64,000 nucleotides of DNA from NCBI GenBank assembly GCA_963823655.1, contig CAWGMK010000006.1:320001-384000 (forward strand), in the 5' to 3' direction. This DNA comes from an uncultured Bacillota bacterium. Its GTDB lineage: Bacteria > Bacillota > DTU025 > MWDF01. The stretch's first letter is position 1. Each line of letters opens with the position of its first letter. Below are positions 21,386-32,832 of the stretch, in pieces. A program made the translations under genes and the position numbers. Under the pieces are notes generated by a model. The model ran no database searches. It worked only from the letters and a program-made list of their open reading frames with translations, and had not been told where the DNA came from.

Positions 21386-21826
21386 GGTTGCGGCATGGAT
21401 AGGTCGAGCGCAGCAAATCGCTGCGTATTCGCATCATCAGCGCTGATTACTTCATTTTGCCGGTCCCATACTTCTTCTGACCAGACCTCAAAGTAATCTC
21501 CTACACCCACCACCACTACATTGCTGCCTAACTTGGCCGCTTCCCGTAGATACTGTGGAATCAAAACGCGTCCGGCCCGGTCAAACTCCAACCGTTCTGC
21601 GTTTGAGAAAAGAAAACGTTTCAACTGGCGTGCATTCGGGTCGGTCATATTCATCTGGTTAACCCGTGCCGACAGGCTGGTCGAAATGGGAGGTAGTCAG
21701 GACCATCAGGTTATTATCGAAACCAGTGGTAATATAAGCGCCATCCTGGAGCAGTTCGCGATAACGGGCAGGAACAGTCATGCGTCCTTTTTCATCGATA
21801 GCGTGTTCATACTGCCCCAAGAACAT
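21382..21826 (-). CDS. mraZ: Division/cell wall cluster repressor MraZ, one frameshift near 21680
   Basis: Manual translation [23 protein letters not shown]; second DxxGR motif (DRAGRVLIP). Confidence 0.93.
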
Positions 21827-21872
21827 AATTTCTACCTTCCCTATAATGGTGGAACGCCGGGGTTACCGGCGC

Positions 21873-21936
21873 TCCACTTTCACCCACTTCATTCCACTTA
21901 TACTCACATTGTAATGGAATCGTAAGCTTTTTACAA
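21873..21936 (-). promoter_or_regulatory. dcw promoter with four MraZ-box repeats
   Basis: Minus strand TTGTAA-17-TACAAT followed by GTGAG, GTGGA, GTGGG, GTGGA at exact 10-nt spacing (plus-strand starts 21903, 21893, 21883, 21873). Confidence 0.8.
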
Positions 21937-22031
21937 GTAGTTTCGACACTTTTGTAAGACGAATAATCCAGTCATCTAATAATTAAAAGTTTCGAAACAG
22001 GTGTCCAAATCGAGGGGTAAGGTGGAGCAAG

Positions 22032-22069
22032 AAAATAAAAATGTGGATTTTTTTTTGGAAAAATCCACA
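22032..22069 (-). terminator. Intrinsic terminator after emfourin
   Basis: TGTGGATTTTT / AAAAATCCACA stem followed on the minus strand by TTTTTATTTT. Confidence 0.6.
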
Positions 22070-22106
22070 ATATTTTGTCGTTGGAACTGCGTCGATAGCT
22101 TTTCTA

Positions 22107-22415
22107 TTACGATCTCCGCGGGTTCTTGCGATCATGTCTAATTCTTGGATAAGCGGTTGCAAGTTTTCTGGTATCAGTGGAGGCGTTCATTTCGACCGTA
22201 TGGCTGCGTTCCCCATCTGTGACGGTAAGGCGGTAATGGAACATGTCTGGTCCGGAGGGAGCCGCATTGAGCGACTGAGGCAAATCGAAAAAATTTGATC
22301 CATAGATCATTTCTTTCAACGGATCTGCTTTCTGAGGAGGAAGATCCTCCGTATCCAGCGTCGTTTGAACTCGCATGCCTGCAAATCCCCCATGTCGTTC
22401 AAAATAGATTTGCAT
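22107..22415 (-). CDS. Emfourin-like protealysin inhibitor
   Basis: M.I.FER.GGFAG...FF.LP.....PD.F.Y.LTV signature; lies directly downstream of an M4 protease gene. The C-terminus may be frameshifted. Confidence 0.85.
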   Translation of the reverse strand: MQIYFERHGGFAGMRVQTTLDTEDLPPQKADPLKEMIYGSNFFDLPQSLNAAPSGPDMFHYRLTVTDGERSHTVEMNASTDTRKLATAYPRIRHDRKNPRRS

Positions 22416-22458
22416 GGCCGATCCTGCCTTTCTTTACTAACTACTGATCCTTAAATTA

Positions 22459-22505
22459 TTTATTATTGGCTGCGGCTGGCTGCGCCAACTGCAGCCAATA
22501 ATAAA
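22459..22505. repeat. Long inverted repeat between the protease and inhibitor genes
   Basis: TTTATTATTGGCTGC / GCAGCCAATAATAAA 15-bp stem plus an imperfect inner extension. Confidence 0.75.
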
Positions 22506-22532
22506 ATACTATTTTTCAAGTCAGGTTCTCAA

Positions 22533-23685
22533 TCATTTACTGGAACGCGGCCGGAACATACTAAGCAGAGAGGTCAGGCAGCCTGATGGTTGGCTGTCAC
22601 CGCCATTATTTCCGCCACCCGAATTGACGGCGGTGATGCCAACTTCGCTCCAGCCTTTCTTTACCGCCTGCTGCTCCAGGCTATTCACCCCATACAATTC
22701 ACCCGCGATCGCTGTAATATGTTGGCCGCGACTTGAAACGTAGCATTGGCAGGCAGCCTTTTTTGCATGGCGCGTACCAGATATGTCCGGCTGTTTCCCA
22801 GGCATTTCCGCCAATTCCAGCGGCGGTCACATAAAAGCGTGGTTGGGTATGCCGCAGTTAATATGCACACCGCCATTATCCTCGACTGTGTTGACATAAC
22901 CACTCATGGTTGCAGGTTGAGGATCTTTCCCCAAAACAGGGTCATCATAAGCGCTGCCAGGCGCTTTCATTGAACGCACACCCAAGCCTTTGACATTCGC
23001 CGTAAAGAGGCCTTCCCCGATAATCCAATCCGCCTCGGCCGCGGTCTGGCGGGGTATATTGTTTGGCCAGCGAACCAAACACATCCGAGAAGATCGTTCA
23101 AGGCGCCAGATTGACCGGAATATATCAGGGCAGCTTCATATTGCATAACTCCATGGGTCAGCTCATGGCCAATCACATCCAATGCAACCGTAAAGCGGTT
23201 GAAGATACGCTGGTCGACCGGTAAATCTTCATCCCCATCGCCATAAACCATCTGCTCGCCATTCCAGAAAGCATTATCAAAGCTTTTCAGGTAATGAACG
23301 GTCGAGTCAATCCGAGTCCATTATTGTCAATGGAATTCCGCTGGTAAACTGTTGGTAAAAATCATAGGTGCTTCCAGCCCCATCGTAAGCTTCATTAACA
23401 GCTGGATCCGCAACCGCAGGATCGCCTTCACGCCGGACGACCAGTCCTGGCAGCATTCCTCCTTGTTGGGCATCGTAGACAATACGCTGCTCGCCCGGAT
23501 CGCCGCTTTCGGCGACCAGATTTTCTTCGAACCGGTGCTAATCTGGTCGCGTTCATCCTGCATTTGTGATGTGATCCGCATGGTCTTAATGGCCCATTCC
23601 CGCTGGTCAGGGGTTCCGCTATCGATGATTTTCCGCATCATATAAGGTGGAATGATACAGAAAATGGGTTTATATCTGCTGACAT
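22533..23685 (-). CDS. Protealysin-like M4 metalloprotease, frameshifted
   Basis: Short propeptide CIIPPY motif, NAFWNG.QMVYGDGD, VIGHELTHG, GALN, DPVLGKDPQP and DNGGVHIN.GIPNHAF. Confidence 0.88.
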
Positions 23686-24058
23686 GAGCTGCTCCTTATC
23701 CCCTGGTTCATGGTATGAAGGTTCGACGACCAGTCGGTAAACCATGCTCACTCGTTTTCAGTATAGAGCGGAGGCATGGGCGTGTCAAGGAAAGCCAGGT
23801 TTCCGCATTAAGAAGTGTTTTTTGCACCAGTTACCCGTTTCAAAACCATTTCTCCCACCCTACCTTTACGGTAGATGGGATTGACCCAAGCACTTATCCA
23901 AAAATTATTGATAGTTGGTTGCGGTTGGTCGCGCCAGCCGCAACCAACTAAACAATACTTGTTTTCGGATAGGTTCCAATGGACCGTCCACGCTCAATAA
24001 GCCGGTTTATCTTGTATCCAGCCAGATCCAAAACGTTTGGAGCTCTGTCAGGCCAATT

Positions 24059-24533
24059 TCAAGATTTCAGTGGCTGGAGCTGATCTTTCATTTCGCGGTA
24101 AGCCCTCCTCCGGCTCTTCATGCGGAAAAATGCCCCTGCCATAAATCCTACTGCGGTAAGAGCGGCCATCCACATTTTGGTAATATCGATGACCGGTTCA
24201 ACTCGAACACCCGTGGAGATGCAATAATGACTGCAACAGGGCGAGATAGAACTCTTCCACCCCCACCACCGCCGCTGCCGCCGCCGTATGCCTGCTCGGG
24301 TTTATCGGGCTGTTTTTCGCCCACTCCACCGCCGGAGCCGAAGCCAAAACCCAGACCGCTGAGAATTTCTGCGGTGGGGATGATCATGGTGTCGCCATGG
24401 GTTACCGGTTGTCCGTAAGCGGCTTCAACCCTGGCCGCATTTAAGAATTTATCCAGTGTTTCTTTGGTGGCTTCGACTGATTCCTTCGCGTTAACATAAT
24501 TTTCGGGTCATTGTTTGGATTTGGTTCATTCAT
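24059..24533 (-). CDS. GerW/YtfJ-like protein, frameshifted
   Basis: AYGQPV..GDT.IIP.AE, GFGFGSG, GGGGGG, RPVAVII, GVRVEPVID plus a C-terminal hydrophobic helix; SD AGGAGG. Confidence 0.7.
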
Positions 24534-24798
24534 GGTAAAACCTCCTGATAAACATTATGCCCAGGAAACCCAGGCCAACCATCATCAATTGCGCCAGGCG
24601 AGTAAATCAAGACTGCCAGGTTTTGTTCGCTGCCATCCTGTTCCTTAACCGTAACCCCTACCGGACGGTGCCAGATAAAACCCAGATGGGCTACTGGCAG
24701 CCGGATCGAAAACACCTGTGAATGGGGATAATGGTTCTATTCCCTGCGCTTACCGGGTTTCCGGTCAAGGTTTGGACTTGTACGGGAAAATCGGGCAT
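24530..24798 (-). CDS. Small hypothetical protein, divergent GerW/YtfJ-like partner
   Basis: SD GGAGG; G.PV..G.RTIIP..Q and W.RPVGV.V motifs echo the neighbouring gene; one frameshift. Confidence 0.5.
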
Positions 24799-24838
24799 GC
24801 GATCACCTCCCAGGTCGAATATATTATAATTGTATAAC

Positions 24839-24874
24839 AAACCACCCCCCACAAGTTTCTGTAGGGGGTGGTTT
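24839..24874 (-). terminator. Terminator after the S8 protease gene
   Basis: AAACCACCCCC / GGGGGTGGTTT stem. Confidence 0.6.
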
Positions 24875-24894
24875 ATCAGGCAAACTTTTCGGGT

Positions 24895-27800
24895 TTACGT
24901 ACCCGGTTCAATATCATTGATAACGATTTAATAACTGGTGATCTTCTTGGAAATGCCGTCAAGTTGTAAAGACCTTCCACCAATGGCCACTGCCGCTATC
25001 CGCTGGCAGAAGCCGATTGTGAAGGCGGCTTTTAAGTGCTGCCCTGATACACATAAACCCGAGCCTGGCTTGAGGCCAGTTTGCTCAAGTCGCTGTCGTC
25101 CAGGTAGACTGCGTAGGTGTATTTTCCGCCGATGAAGGTATCGATGGTAATTACTTCTGGACCAAAACCGGTCGTTAATTCACCCACGTTTAGCTCGGCG
25201 CCGTTTACGAACAGGTCACCGCGGTGATCATCGGCATCATACAGGTTGTATGCATTGCCGTCAACGGGCGGGAGGAACAGATGCGCATCCAGGTTCTTTG
25301 GCGTGCCGTTCCAGTACAGGATGATCCGGTATTGGGTGTCCAGCTCTGGGAATGGAACTAACCTGAAGTTGCGCGTGAGGTTGGAACCAGTGCCGACCGA
25401 GAAGGAAATCCTCTGGCGGGCATAACCAGGAGCTGAGGCTATGAGCGTATAGCTGCCGGGAATCAGACCGCGTAACTGGTAGGTACCATCTGGGGCCGTG
25501 GTGACCTGAATGGCTCGTCCTTCGATTTGGATGGTTACACCAGCCAAACCGGTTAGTCCATCGGGATCGTTGATGACGTCAGAAACCAACCCGGATACCA
25601 TAGCCGGGGTTGTGAAGGAGTAGGTGGCGGACCAGATCGAGTTCGATTCCCCGTTGAAAGCCCGTACGTGCCAATAATAAGTGCCCGCTGTAGTGAGGAA
25701 ATTGAACGGGATCGCATAAACCGATTTTTCTACGGAGATCAGATCCGCATCTTTTAGATTCGACAGACCCTTCGCGATTTGCAGTTCGTAACCGACCGCA
25801 TTCGAATCAGGATTTCCCGATATCTTCACCGAATCATACCAGTCCAGTGTCGGGCTGAAGTCACCTAGGACAGCACCATTCGACGGCAATCGAAGCACCG
25901 GGGCGTTGGGTGGGTTCAGGGTCTCAAACTGGATCGGTTCGCTCCAACCGCTGTAGCCATAAAGACCGCCTGCACGGACGCGCCAGTATAAGGAAGCCCG
26001 GCGAGGAAGGGTGTGGTCGATGTGAAGGGTGGAGAGCTCAGGGTCGTCATGGTGGTGATCAGACGGGTGCCGCCAAAGAGCTTGGTTTTATCATCAATCG
26101 TATCGCTGTCTCTTGCGACCTGGACCTGGTAAGAACGATCATCGGTGCTCTTATCCCAGGTGAAGGTGGGACGCAGTGACAGGCCGTCGACGATATCCGT
26201 GCCGGTGGGGATCGGGGGGGTGGTGTAGAAGGTCCAGATGGCTGACCAGGGCCCAACACCGGTATCCCCTACTGCACGCACGCGCCAGTAATACACACTT
26301 TCGGATTGCAGTCCGCTCAAGTCATAACTGGGTAAAACCAGCGGATCACCAGTTTCGAGGGCATCATCAGTGAGGAGTAAATCATCACCGGTGAACGTCT
26401 TGGCGGTAGCAAGCTGGACCTGGTAGCCATTGGCGGGAGGGAGGGCGGTGGTTGGCCGTTTCCAGGTAAGAGTAACACCAGTTTCCCAATAACCATAGGC
26501 TTTCAAATTGGCCGGCAGCAAAAGGGTTGGCGCACCCGGCGGGGTTGGAGAAAGGTCTGCGAAGACGAGTGCAGCTGGAGACCAATCGCTCCAGGTATAG
26601 TCGCCGAAGACGCGCACACGCCAATACAGAGTTTTATTCTTTGGCAAGTCCACTCCCGGGCGGAAGGTCGATGTGGGTATGGTTTCTCCGGAGGGTATTT
26701 TAAGTTCCGCTTTTAGCACCGTGGTCGAGAAATTCTGAACAGCGGCGATATTGATTTCATATTTTTTGGCGTTGGCGATGTCGTTCCAGTCGAAGGTGGG
26801 CCGCAGCGTATCAGTATAAAGATCCGGGGCTGGTAAGACTACCGGGTTTAGTCCGCTGATATCGATGCGGGTGTACAGGGTAAACCGGCCGCTCCAGGCG
26901 CCAAAATCCTGACCAGCAGGAGTGGTGAAGTAAGAGCGCATGCGCCAGTAATAGCGGCTGTTTTGGTCGAGAGCTGTTCCCAGGGTTGTTGTGAAGGTGG
27001 TTCCGTCGGGGATATCAACGGTCGGAAGGCTGTTCGAGAAATCGTAGTTTTTCGATAGGACTAACTGGTACCCGTCCGGTGGTGGAGTGGTGGAGGAAGG
27101 TAGTTTCCAGGTGAAGGTAGGAGTGTAATCCGAGGTAGCCAGTCCGTTGATGGGTGTTTTGAGGGTAACCAGGGGTGCACCGCTGCCGTACACCGTGAAT
27201 TGGAAGGCGCCAGAAGCGGGCCAATCTAGCCAGACATCGTTTACCTGAGGACGTACTCTCCAGAAGTAAGTGGCATTATTGGTCAGATTAGACGGGATGA
27301 CGTATTCGGTGGATGAAGTGAAGATATCCCTGACGAGATTACCAAAATTGCTGTCGCCCTTAGAGAGTTGGAGTTCGTATTGAGTTGCATCCAGGAACGA
27401 CTGCCAGACCAGGGTGGGGCGCAGAATACGGATGCTGCTCCCATCTTCAGGGCTCAACAGCCTTACGCCCTTGGTAAGCTTTTTATTGAAAGCCTCTTCC
27501 AGGTTAGGCAGCGGCCCGATTTGTTGAGCGGTTGCATCGCCACCCTGAGCCGTACCGGTACTCCGCAGGATCGAACGCACCTGGCTGGGAGAAAGGATAT
27601 AGCCGCGGTTGGTGGCTACACCCTGCAGGCTGGCGGCTGCACCAGCTACCATGGCTGCCGCTGCGGACGAGCCGCCAAATGTAGCGGTATAGGCTTCATT
27701 CGGATCGGGGTTTCCGTCCGCATCCTCGCCTTGATACAGATCGCCAAGGCCGGTGATTGGATCGATACCGGTGGTGGCAACGTTATTGCCCCATCCCTGG

Positions 27801-29041
27801 ACATCGATTTGTTTTCCATAGTTGGCGTTGCAGATTGGCTCACGGGTGACGCTGTCACCGGCCCCCACCAGAATGGCGCCGGAGTTGCGGTTGCTGCGGT
27901 TGAAGGCGCTGCCGTAAAGCGAATTATCCAGGTTGACCGCGCCGTTACCGGCAGCTTCCACCACGATAATCCCTTTCAGGGTAGCAGCATAAATCGCGTC
28001 GTAATTCGCCTGGGCATACTCGATCGGGACGCTTTCAAACCCGGCTGGATCGCAATCCGGAGGAAGAACATGGCCTTCCTTGCGCGGACCCAACATTTGG
28101 GTGGGAATTAGCAGGATATCGCCCACATTCAGATTTAATGTGGCGTCGATGATAGCCTGGGCAGGCAGCACCGAAATGGTATTGATCATTTGGAGATAGG
28201 TGGAAGGGGCAATCCCAGTCACACCGAATTCGTTCAGGCGGGCAGCCACAACGCCCAAAACAGATGTACCGTGGCTGATCCACTGCTGATCGGAAGAATT
28301 GCCGCCTTCGATGATCGAATTGGCAGAGATATTGAGATCTTCGTGTCCGATTTGCCATCCAGCGTCGATGTCGATGAGCTGGATTTTTTCGCCTTTACCA
28401 CCGGGAAGAGTCCAGGCATAGCGGGCATGGATGCCGTTACCGCTGTTTTCAAGATATCCCTGCGAACCGGTCAGGTCTCCTGGTGGAACCAATAGTGGGC
28501 TGGCGGGCAGGTAAACGGGTTCCATGTAAGCCAGTTCCACGCTCGGGTCCAACTGAATAGTCTCGAGCGTTTTCTGAGCATCCTCAAAGGTTACGTCCTG
28601 CCCCAGGTCCGCCACAACGTACCGGTCAAGCCCGGGAGCATAACTCCCGCTCTTCGCCAGGGCGGAGACTCTGGTTTCTGGTAAGACCTGCTCTGCCTGG
28701 GGAAATAAGGGTTTGAGCGCCAGATTGGGAAGAGCCTGTTGGAGCGAGGTCAACCCTGCAGCATTGGCTTGCACCCCAGTTTCGCCTTTGAATTTAATGA
28801 TAATTTGGCGGAAATTAACCCGGGCTGCATCATTGGCGGAAGTCACCGCGGGAGTTTGCGCAGGCGTGGGTGTCGCTGTTTCCGCTGGCACAGCCTGTGG
28901 ATCCGTGGGGGTCCCAGTCTGGGCGCTGCGTGGGATTGGAGCAGCAGCAACTGAAGTCAGCAGCAGGCTGGCGCTGGTTAGCAGCCCACACAGTGTGCTG
29001 AACGTGCGCTGCCTTCGCGTGATTTGGTTATTCGATTGCAT
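24895..29041 (-). CDS. Large secreted S8 (subtilisin-like) protease with about six Fn3-like repeats and C-terminal beta-sandwich domains, frameshifted
   Basis: Signal peptide, prodomain, triad IDIDAG / HGTSVLG / FGGSSAA, oxyanion AAGNG; repeated PTxxW...YxWRVR units; ORFs 25916-29041 and 25032-25898 joined. Confidence 0.85.
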
Positions 29042-29412
29042 CTTATGCCTCCATAAAATAAATAGCCTGTTTGGGTTATTTGGGCAGGATAATATTCAGT
29101 ACGAGAGTGTCCAGAAAAGTGTTCAGCAAAGATATCCCCCACCAGTGAGAAATAACGGTAGTCTGTACCAACTCTTCTCTGGCGATGCCAGCCGGCATCC
29201 TTCCATTGGCTATTCGAAAAAGCCATTTATTGGAAAATATTATTCTGCTTTTGAAGTACACTGACGAATTGCTACCGGTAAAAAGACCCCACTACCAATA
29301 AACACGTTTTGGGTAAAACCAAAACCACTACGACTTTTCTATTATACTCCAGGAAAAATGGGCTGCTCCGCAGTGAAAGTCAAGCGGCTGCAATCCTCGT
29401 TCGGCCTGGCAG

Positions 29413-30691
29413 TTACGGCTGCAGGCGTTCGATCAGCGCTGCCAGGTAATGCGATTTCATCTGCTGCTGAGCTAAGCTGCGCTTAATCGGCGGCAGACGC
29501 AAAATCGCGCCCAGGACTGCCGCCATCGCCCGCTGGCTGCGCAGAGGTTTGCAGGTCAAAGAGGAGATCTTGAAGCTGTCCCGCTTCGCCGCCAGCACCA
29601 CTCGATGCGGCGAAGAGTTAGCGGCGTGAAGACCCGCTGCGCACGCGGCGTCATAGTGATATCGTCTGTCGCGCAGGTACCCGCGCGCAGACGCCACATC
29701 CCAGACAAATATCCTCATTCACCCGGGCTTTTTTCTTGTTGGGTGCGTTGGGATCGTGAGCCGACACCAGGGTCATCGCTTCCACCGGACAAATCGCTAC
29801 ACATTTCCCGCAGCCGTGACAGTCGTCCTCATCCACGGCAGGCATAAAATTAGTGGTGTGCAGCGGATTCAGCGATGCTCAAAACGCCGCGCCGCGATCA
29901 GCGCTTCGCAGCAGCACCCGCAGCAGTTGCAGATAAAGTTGATCCGTTCGCGGAATTTTCGCCAAACTGCACCAGGTTTTGTCATACGCCGTCTGCAGAA
30001 GATCCAGCCCTTCCGCTGATCCACCTGCCGGGCAAACCCATGTTTGATCAGCGACTGTGCGGTCCCGTTAAACGTCATGCAGATATCCAGCGGCGCATCA
30101 CAGGTTCACCACGTGCATGCATTTTGTGGCGGCAGTAGCACACGCTGACGCCCATGTGCGATCGCTTGCTTGATAACCTCGGTGGCGCGCTCATAATCCA
30201 GCACTTCCACGCCATGGGGGATCACCTCCTCGTTCACAAAAACTCGCCCCATCTGGGTCTCGCCGCTGCCGAACAAATCCCCGAAAAAATCCTCTTCGAC
30301 GTTCAGATACCGGTAATACAATTCCGCCAGCAGCTTTCTGATCAATATCGTCGCGCGGGCGCATCATCGAAAATTCGAAAAATCCAGCCATTGGCGGCGG
30401 CAGCGTATAGACCATCTCTCTCCATGAATTTCGCTATCCAGCAAGATTGCCCGGCCGGCCAATCCTTCCAAAACCACTTGTGCCTGCGCGGGGGGTACAA
30501 TCCAGGCCTGAGCAGCCTGGCGGATGGTAAACGGCTTCATCGGAAGCAGAGCAACCAGGGATGCCTCTCGGTCAGTGAAAAGGTAATTTTAAGATTTTAT
30601 AGAGTGTTTCAGTAGGAGGCGCCCCGGCCGGGAAGCGATTTAACCGTTCTGATAATCCCTCATAGCCATTTCTTAAAACATTGTGCGCCAT
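29413..30691 (-). CDS. 4Fe-4S dicluster domain protein, heavily frameshifted
   Basis: N-terminus MAHNVLRNGYEGLSERLNRFP.GAPP; ICNCCGCCC, CHGCGKCVAICP and CLGCGVCA motifs. Confidence 0.8.
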
Positions 30692-30744
30692 GAATACCCT
30701 CCGGAGTAATAACCCTATCGTAAATCGATCCGGCAATACCGGCT

Positions 30745-31611
30745 CTATCTGCCCGTTTTCGATTTGAAGACGGGTTGGATGCTAAAAAAGGAGAGGACTA
30801 CGGGGTAAAATCGCCCTGCTGTTTTTTTCTGCGGGTTGGCGGCAACGATGCCGCGTGTTTTCAGGCCATTTTTCTTCTTTTTTGATTTAGCGATGGTTAC
30901 AGCTGGCACCGGGTTCGTTTTAGCCTTTTCCACGCTGGCGAGATAGCTGGCCTGCTGTAGCACGATAACCAGATAGGCGATGAATAAAGTCAGGGTCAGG
31001 GCAAATAGGATAACATTGTAGAGTGACCAGCGGCCAAACGGCAGGCTGATCATCGGATTACCGATGAAAAAGACAAGGGTGTTTGCCAATATCGCAATAA
31101 CGCGCATTTCTGTCGGGCCCAGGTGGGCCCAGGAGATGCGAAATATGCCATCCACATAGGTTTTTATAAATATCAAGATGGAGAGCAGCAGGTAACCGAT
31201 CAACGCCAGGCTGGCGAGACGAAAATCTACATAGGGAGACAGGCCAATCCCCAGGAAAACAAGGACCTCAGAAACCGCATCCACCGTGTGATCGACAAAG
31301 AAGCCGTATCTGGGACGCTCAATTTTCCGGTAACGCGCCAGGCTGCCGTCCAAACTATCCCCAAACCAATTGAGCAGGAATGCGAAACTTGCCAGCCATA
31401 AAAACCAACTGCTGATGTTGGTCAACCAATAACTGACGAAAATCAGGATGCTGGCAAGGAATCCCAGTATCGTGAGAAAATCAGGCGTGACCCATTGAGG
31501 CATGTGGGCAGCCAACCAGACTAAGGCCGGCCTTTCAATCGGACCTAATAAAATATCGTTGACACGCTTTTCTCCGGATAGATCTGCCATAATCAGGTAA
31601 TGTCTCTCCAT
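30745..31611 (-). CDS. CDP-alcohol phosphatidyltransferase family protein
   Basis: TPD.LT and DSLDGSLARYR.....GFFVDHTVD signature. Confidence 0.88.
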   Translation of the reverse strand: MERHYLIMADLSGEKRVNDILLGPIERPALVWLAAHMPQWVTPDFLTILGFLASILIFVSYWLTNISSWFLWLASFAFLLNWFGDSLDGSLARYRKIERPRYGFFVDHTVDAVSEVLVFLGIGLSPYVDFRLASLALIGYLLLSILIFIKTYVDGIFRISWAHLGPTEMRVIAILANTLVFFIGNPMISLPFGRWSLYNVILFALTLTLFIAYLVIVLQQASYLASVEKAKTNPVPAVTIAKSKKKKNGLKTRGIVAANPQKKTAGRFYPVVLSFFSIQPVFKSKTGR

Positions 31612-31645
31612 TAATTGGTTTGATGCTGCGCATCGATTTGAAACA

Positions 31646-32548
31646 TCAGGGCATTTCTTGCAGGGCTGTTGGCCAGACGGGATAGTACATCAGCCATTGT
31701 TGTGGGGCGCGCAAGATAAATCTTTCTGCGCATGATAACACAATCTCGGCGTTATTCTCCATTTCGGTTTTTAAGTCCGGGTCAGGTTTCATGTGGATTG
31801 GCTCGGAAATATCGACCAGATAATTTCCAGTAGAATTTCGGATCACGGCTGCCACGATGATCGGTACATTTACCTTCAAGGCCAGGCGGACATGCGTAAC
31901 CGGTAAATCCGCGGGAATACGAAAGAAGCGCGGATGATAATTGGCGTTTGCTATCGGGCGATCTAATCCAGTCAGAACCAGGCCACCTTTGCGCAGGCGT
32001 TCAACCGCCCGGCGCATCGCATTGATCGACATAGGGGTCACTTCCACGCCGGGTATCGCCCTGATTTTGTTTTGAAGCTTGTAACCATTGGGCGGTTGAG
32101 GGTAGGAGAGGATTTGAAACGGAAGGCCGCACATCGCCAGGGCTCTTCCGGCCAGATCAAAACTCCCCATATGAGGCACAACGAATAATACCCCCTGGCC
32201 TGCTTCCTGGCGGTGGTCAAGAAATTCTTGGAGGCGAGGGCTAAAGGAGACTTTCTTGAGAATGGCATCCGGACGGGCGAGTTGATGATAGAAATCATAC
32301 AAGGCATAACCCGCAAAACGGAAGACTGCCTCGGTGGCCCGGTCTAATTCTCGTGAGGTATATTTTTTCCGGCTGATCACCCATTGATTGGCTCGAACGG
32401 CCCGTTCGTGCTCGGTGCCCCGTAATGTGCCGATCGTCCGGCCGAGCCATTCGGCGAAAGGGTAACCAACCTTCGCTGGCAAGATTTGACTGAGGAAAAT
32501 TGCGAGACCTGACGCGATCCGGCTGTAGAGAAATGATTGTATTTTCAT
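31646..32548 (-). CDS. Lysophospholipid acyltransferase (LpxL/PatA-like family)
   Basis: PHMGSFD (HxxxxD) motif, DR motif, I...P.QW C-terminus. Confidence 0.82.
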   Translation of the reverse strand: MKIQSFLYSRIASGLAIFLSQILPAKVGYPFAEWLGRTIGTLRGTEHERAVRANQWVISRKKYTSRELDRATEAVFRFAGYALYDFYHQLARPDAILKKVSFSPRLQEFLDHRQEAGQGVLFVVPHMGSFDLAGRALAMCGLPFQILSYPQPPNGYKLQNKIRAIPGVEVTPMSINAMRRAVERLRKGGLVLTGLDRPIANANYHPRFFRIPADLPVTHVRLALKVNVPIIVAAVIRNSTGNYLVDISEPIHMKPDPDLKTEMENNAEIVLSCAERFILRAPQQWLMYYPVWPTALQEMP

Positions 32549-32799
32549 GCTATCAATTTTTTTATACCGGTATGCGGGTCGCCGCGCCGCCACACGAAAA
32601 TGATTTCCACCGTTCGATTTTCCCCATCCTTGTTAATAATAATATCCGAAGATAAAACGGCCGCGGTGCAATCCCAACCTTCAGGGATGCTAAACCCAAT
32701 CAGGCAATCGGCCATTTGACCGAACCAATTGAGCCGAGTGTTATTTTACAAGCTTTAAGTATAGAGCAGGTGGGATCGGAAATCAATCCTGCCGATACG

Positions 32800-32832
32800 A
32801 TCCCAAATTGGGATACAATCCCAGATTGGGAT
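32800..32832. repeat. Tandem ATCCCA-N3-TGGGAT palindromes
   Basis: ATCCCAAATTGGGAT and ATCCCAGATTGGGAT repeated at an 18-nt period, with partial copies nearby. Confidence 0.65.

Noticed and set aside
22065-22080. NrdR-box-like CCACAATATTTTGTCG
   Set aside because: Single copy overlapping a terminator stem, with no ribonucleotide reductase gene nearby.
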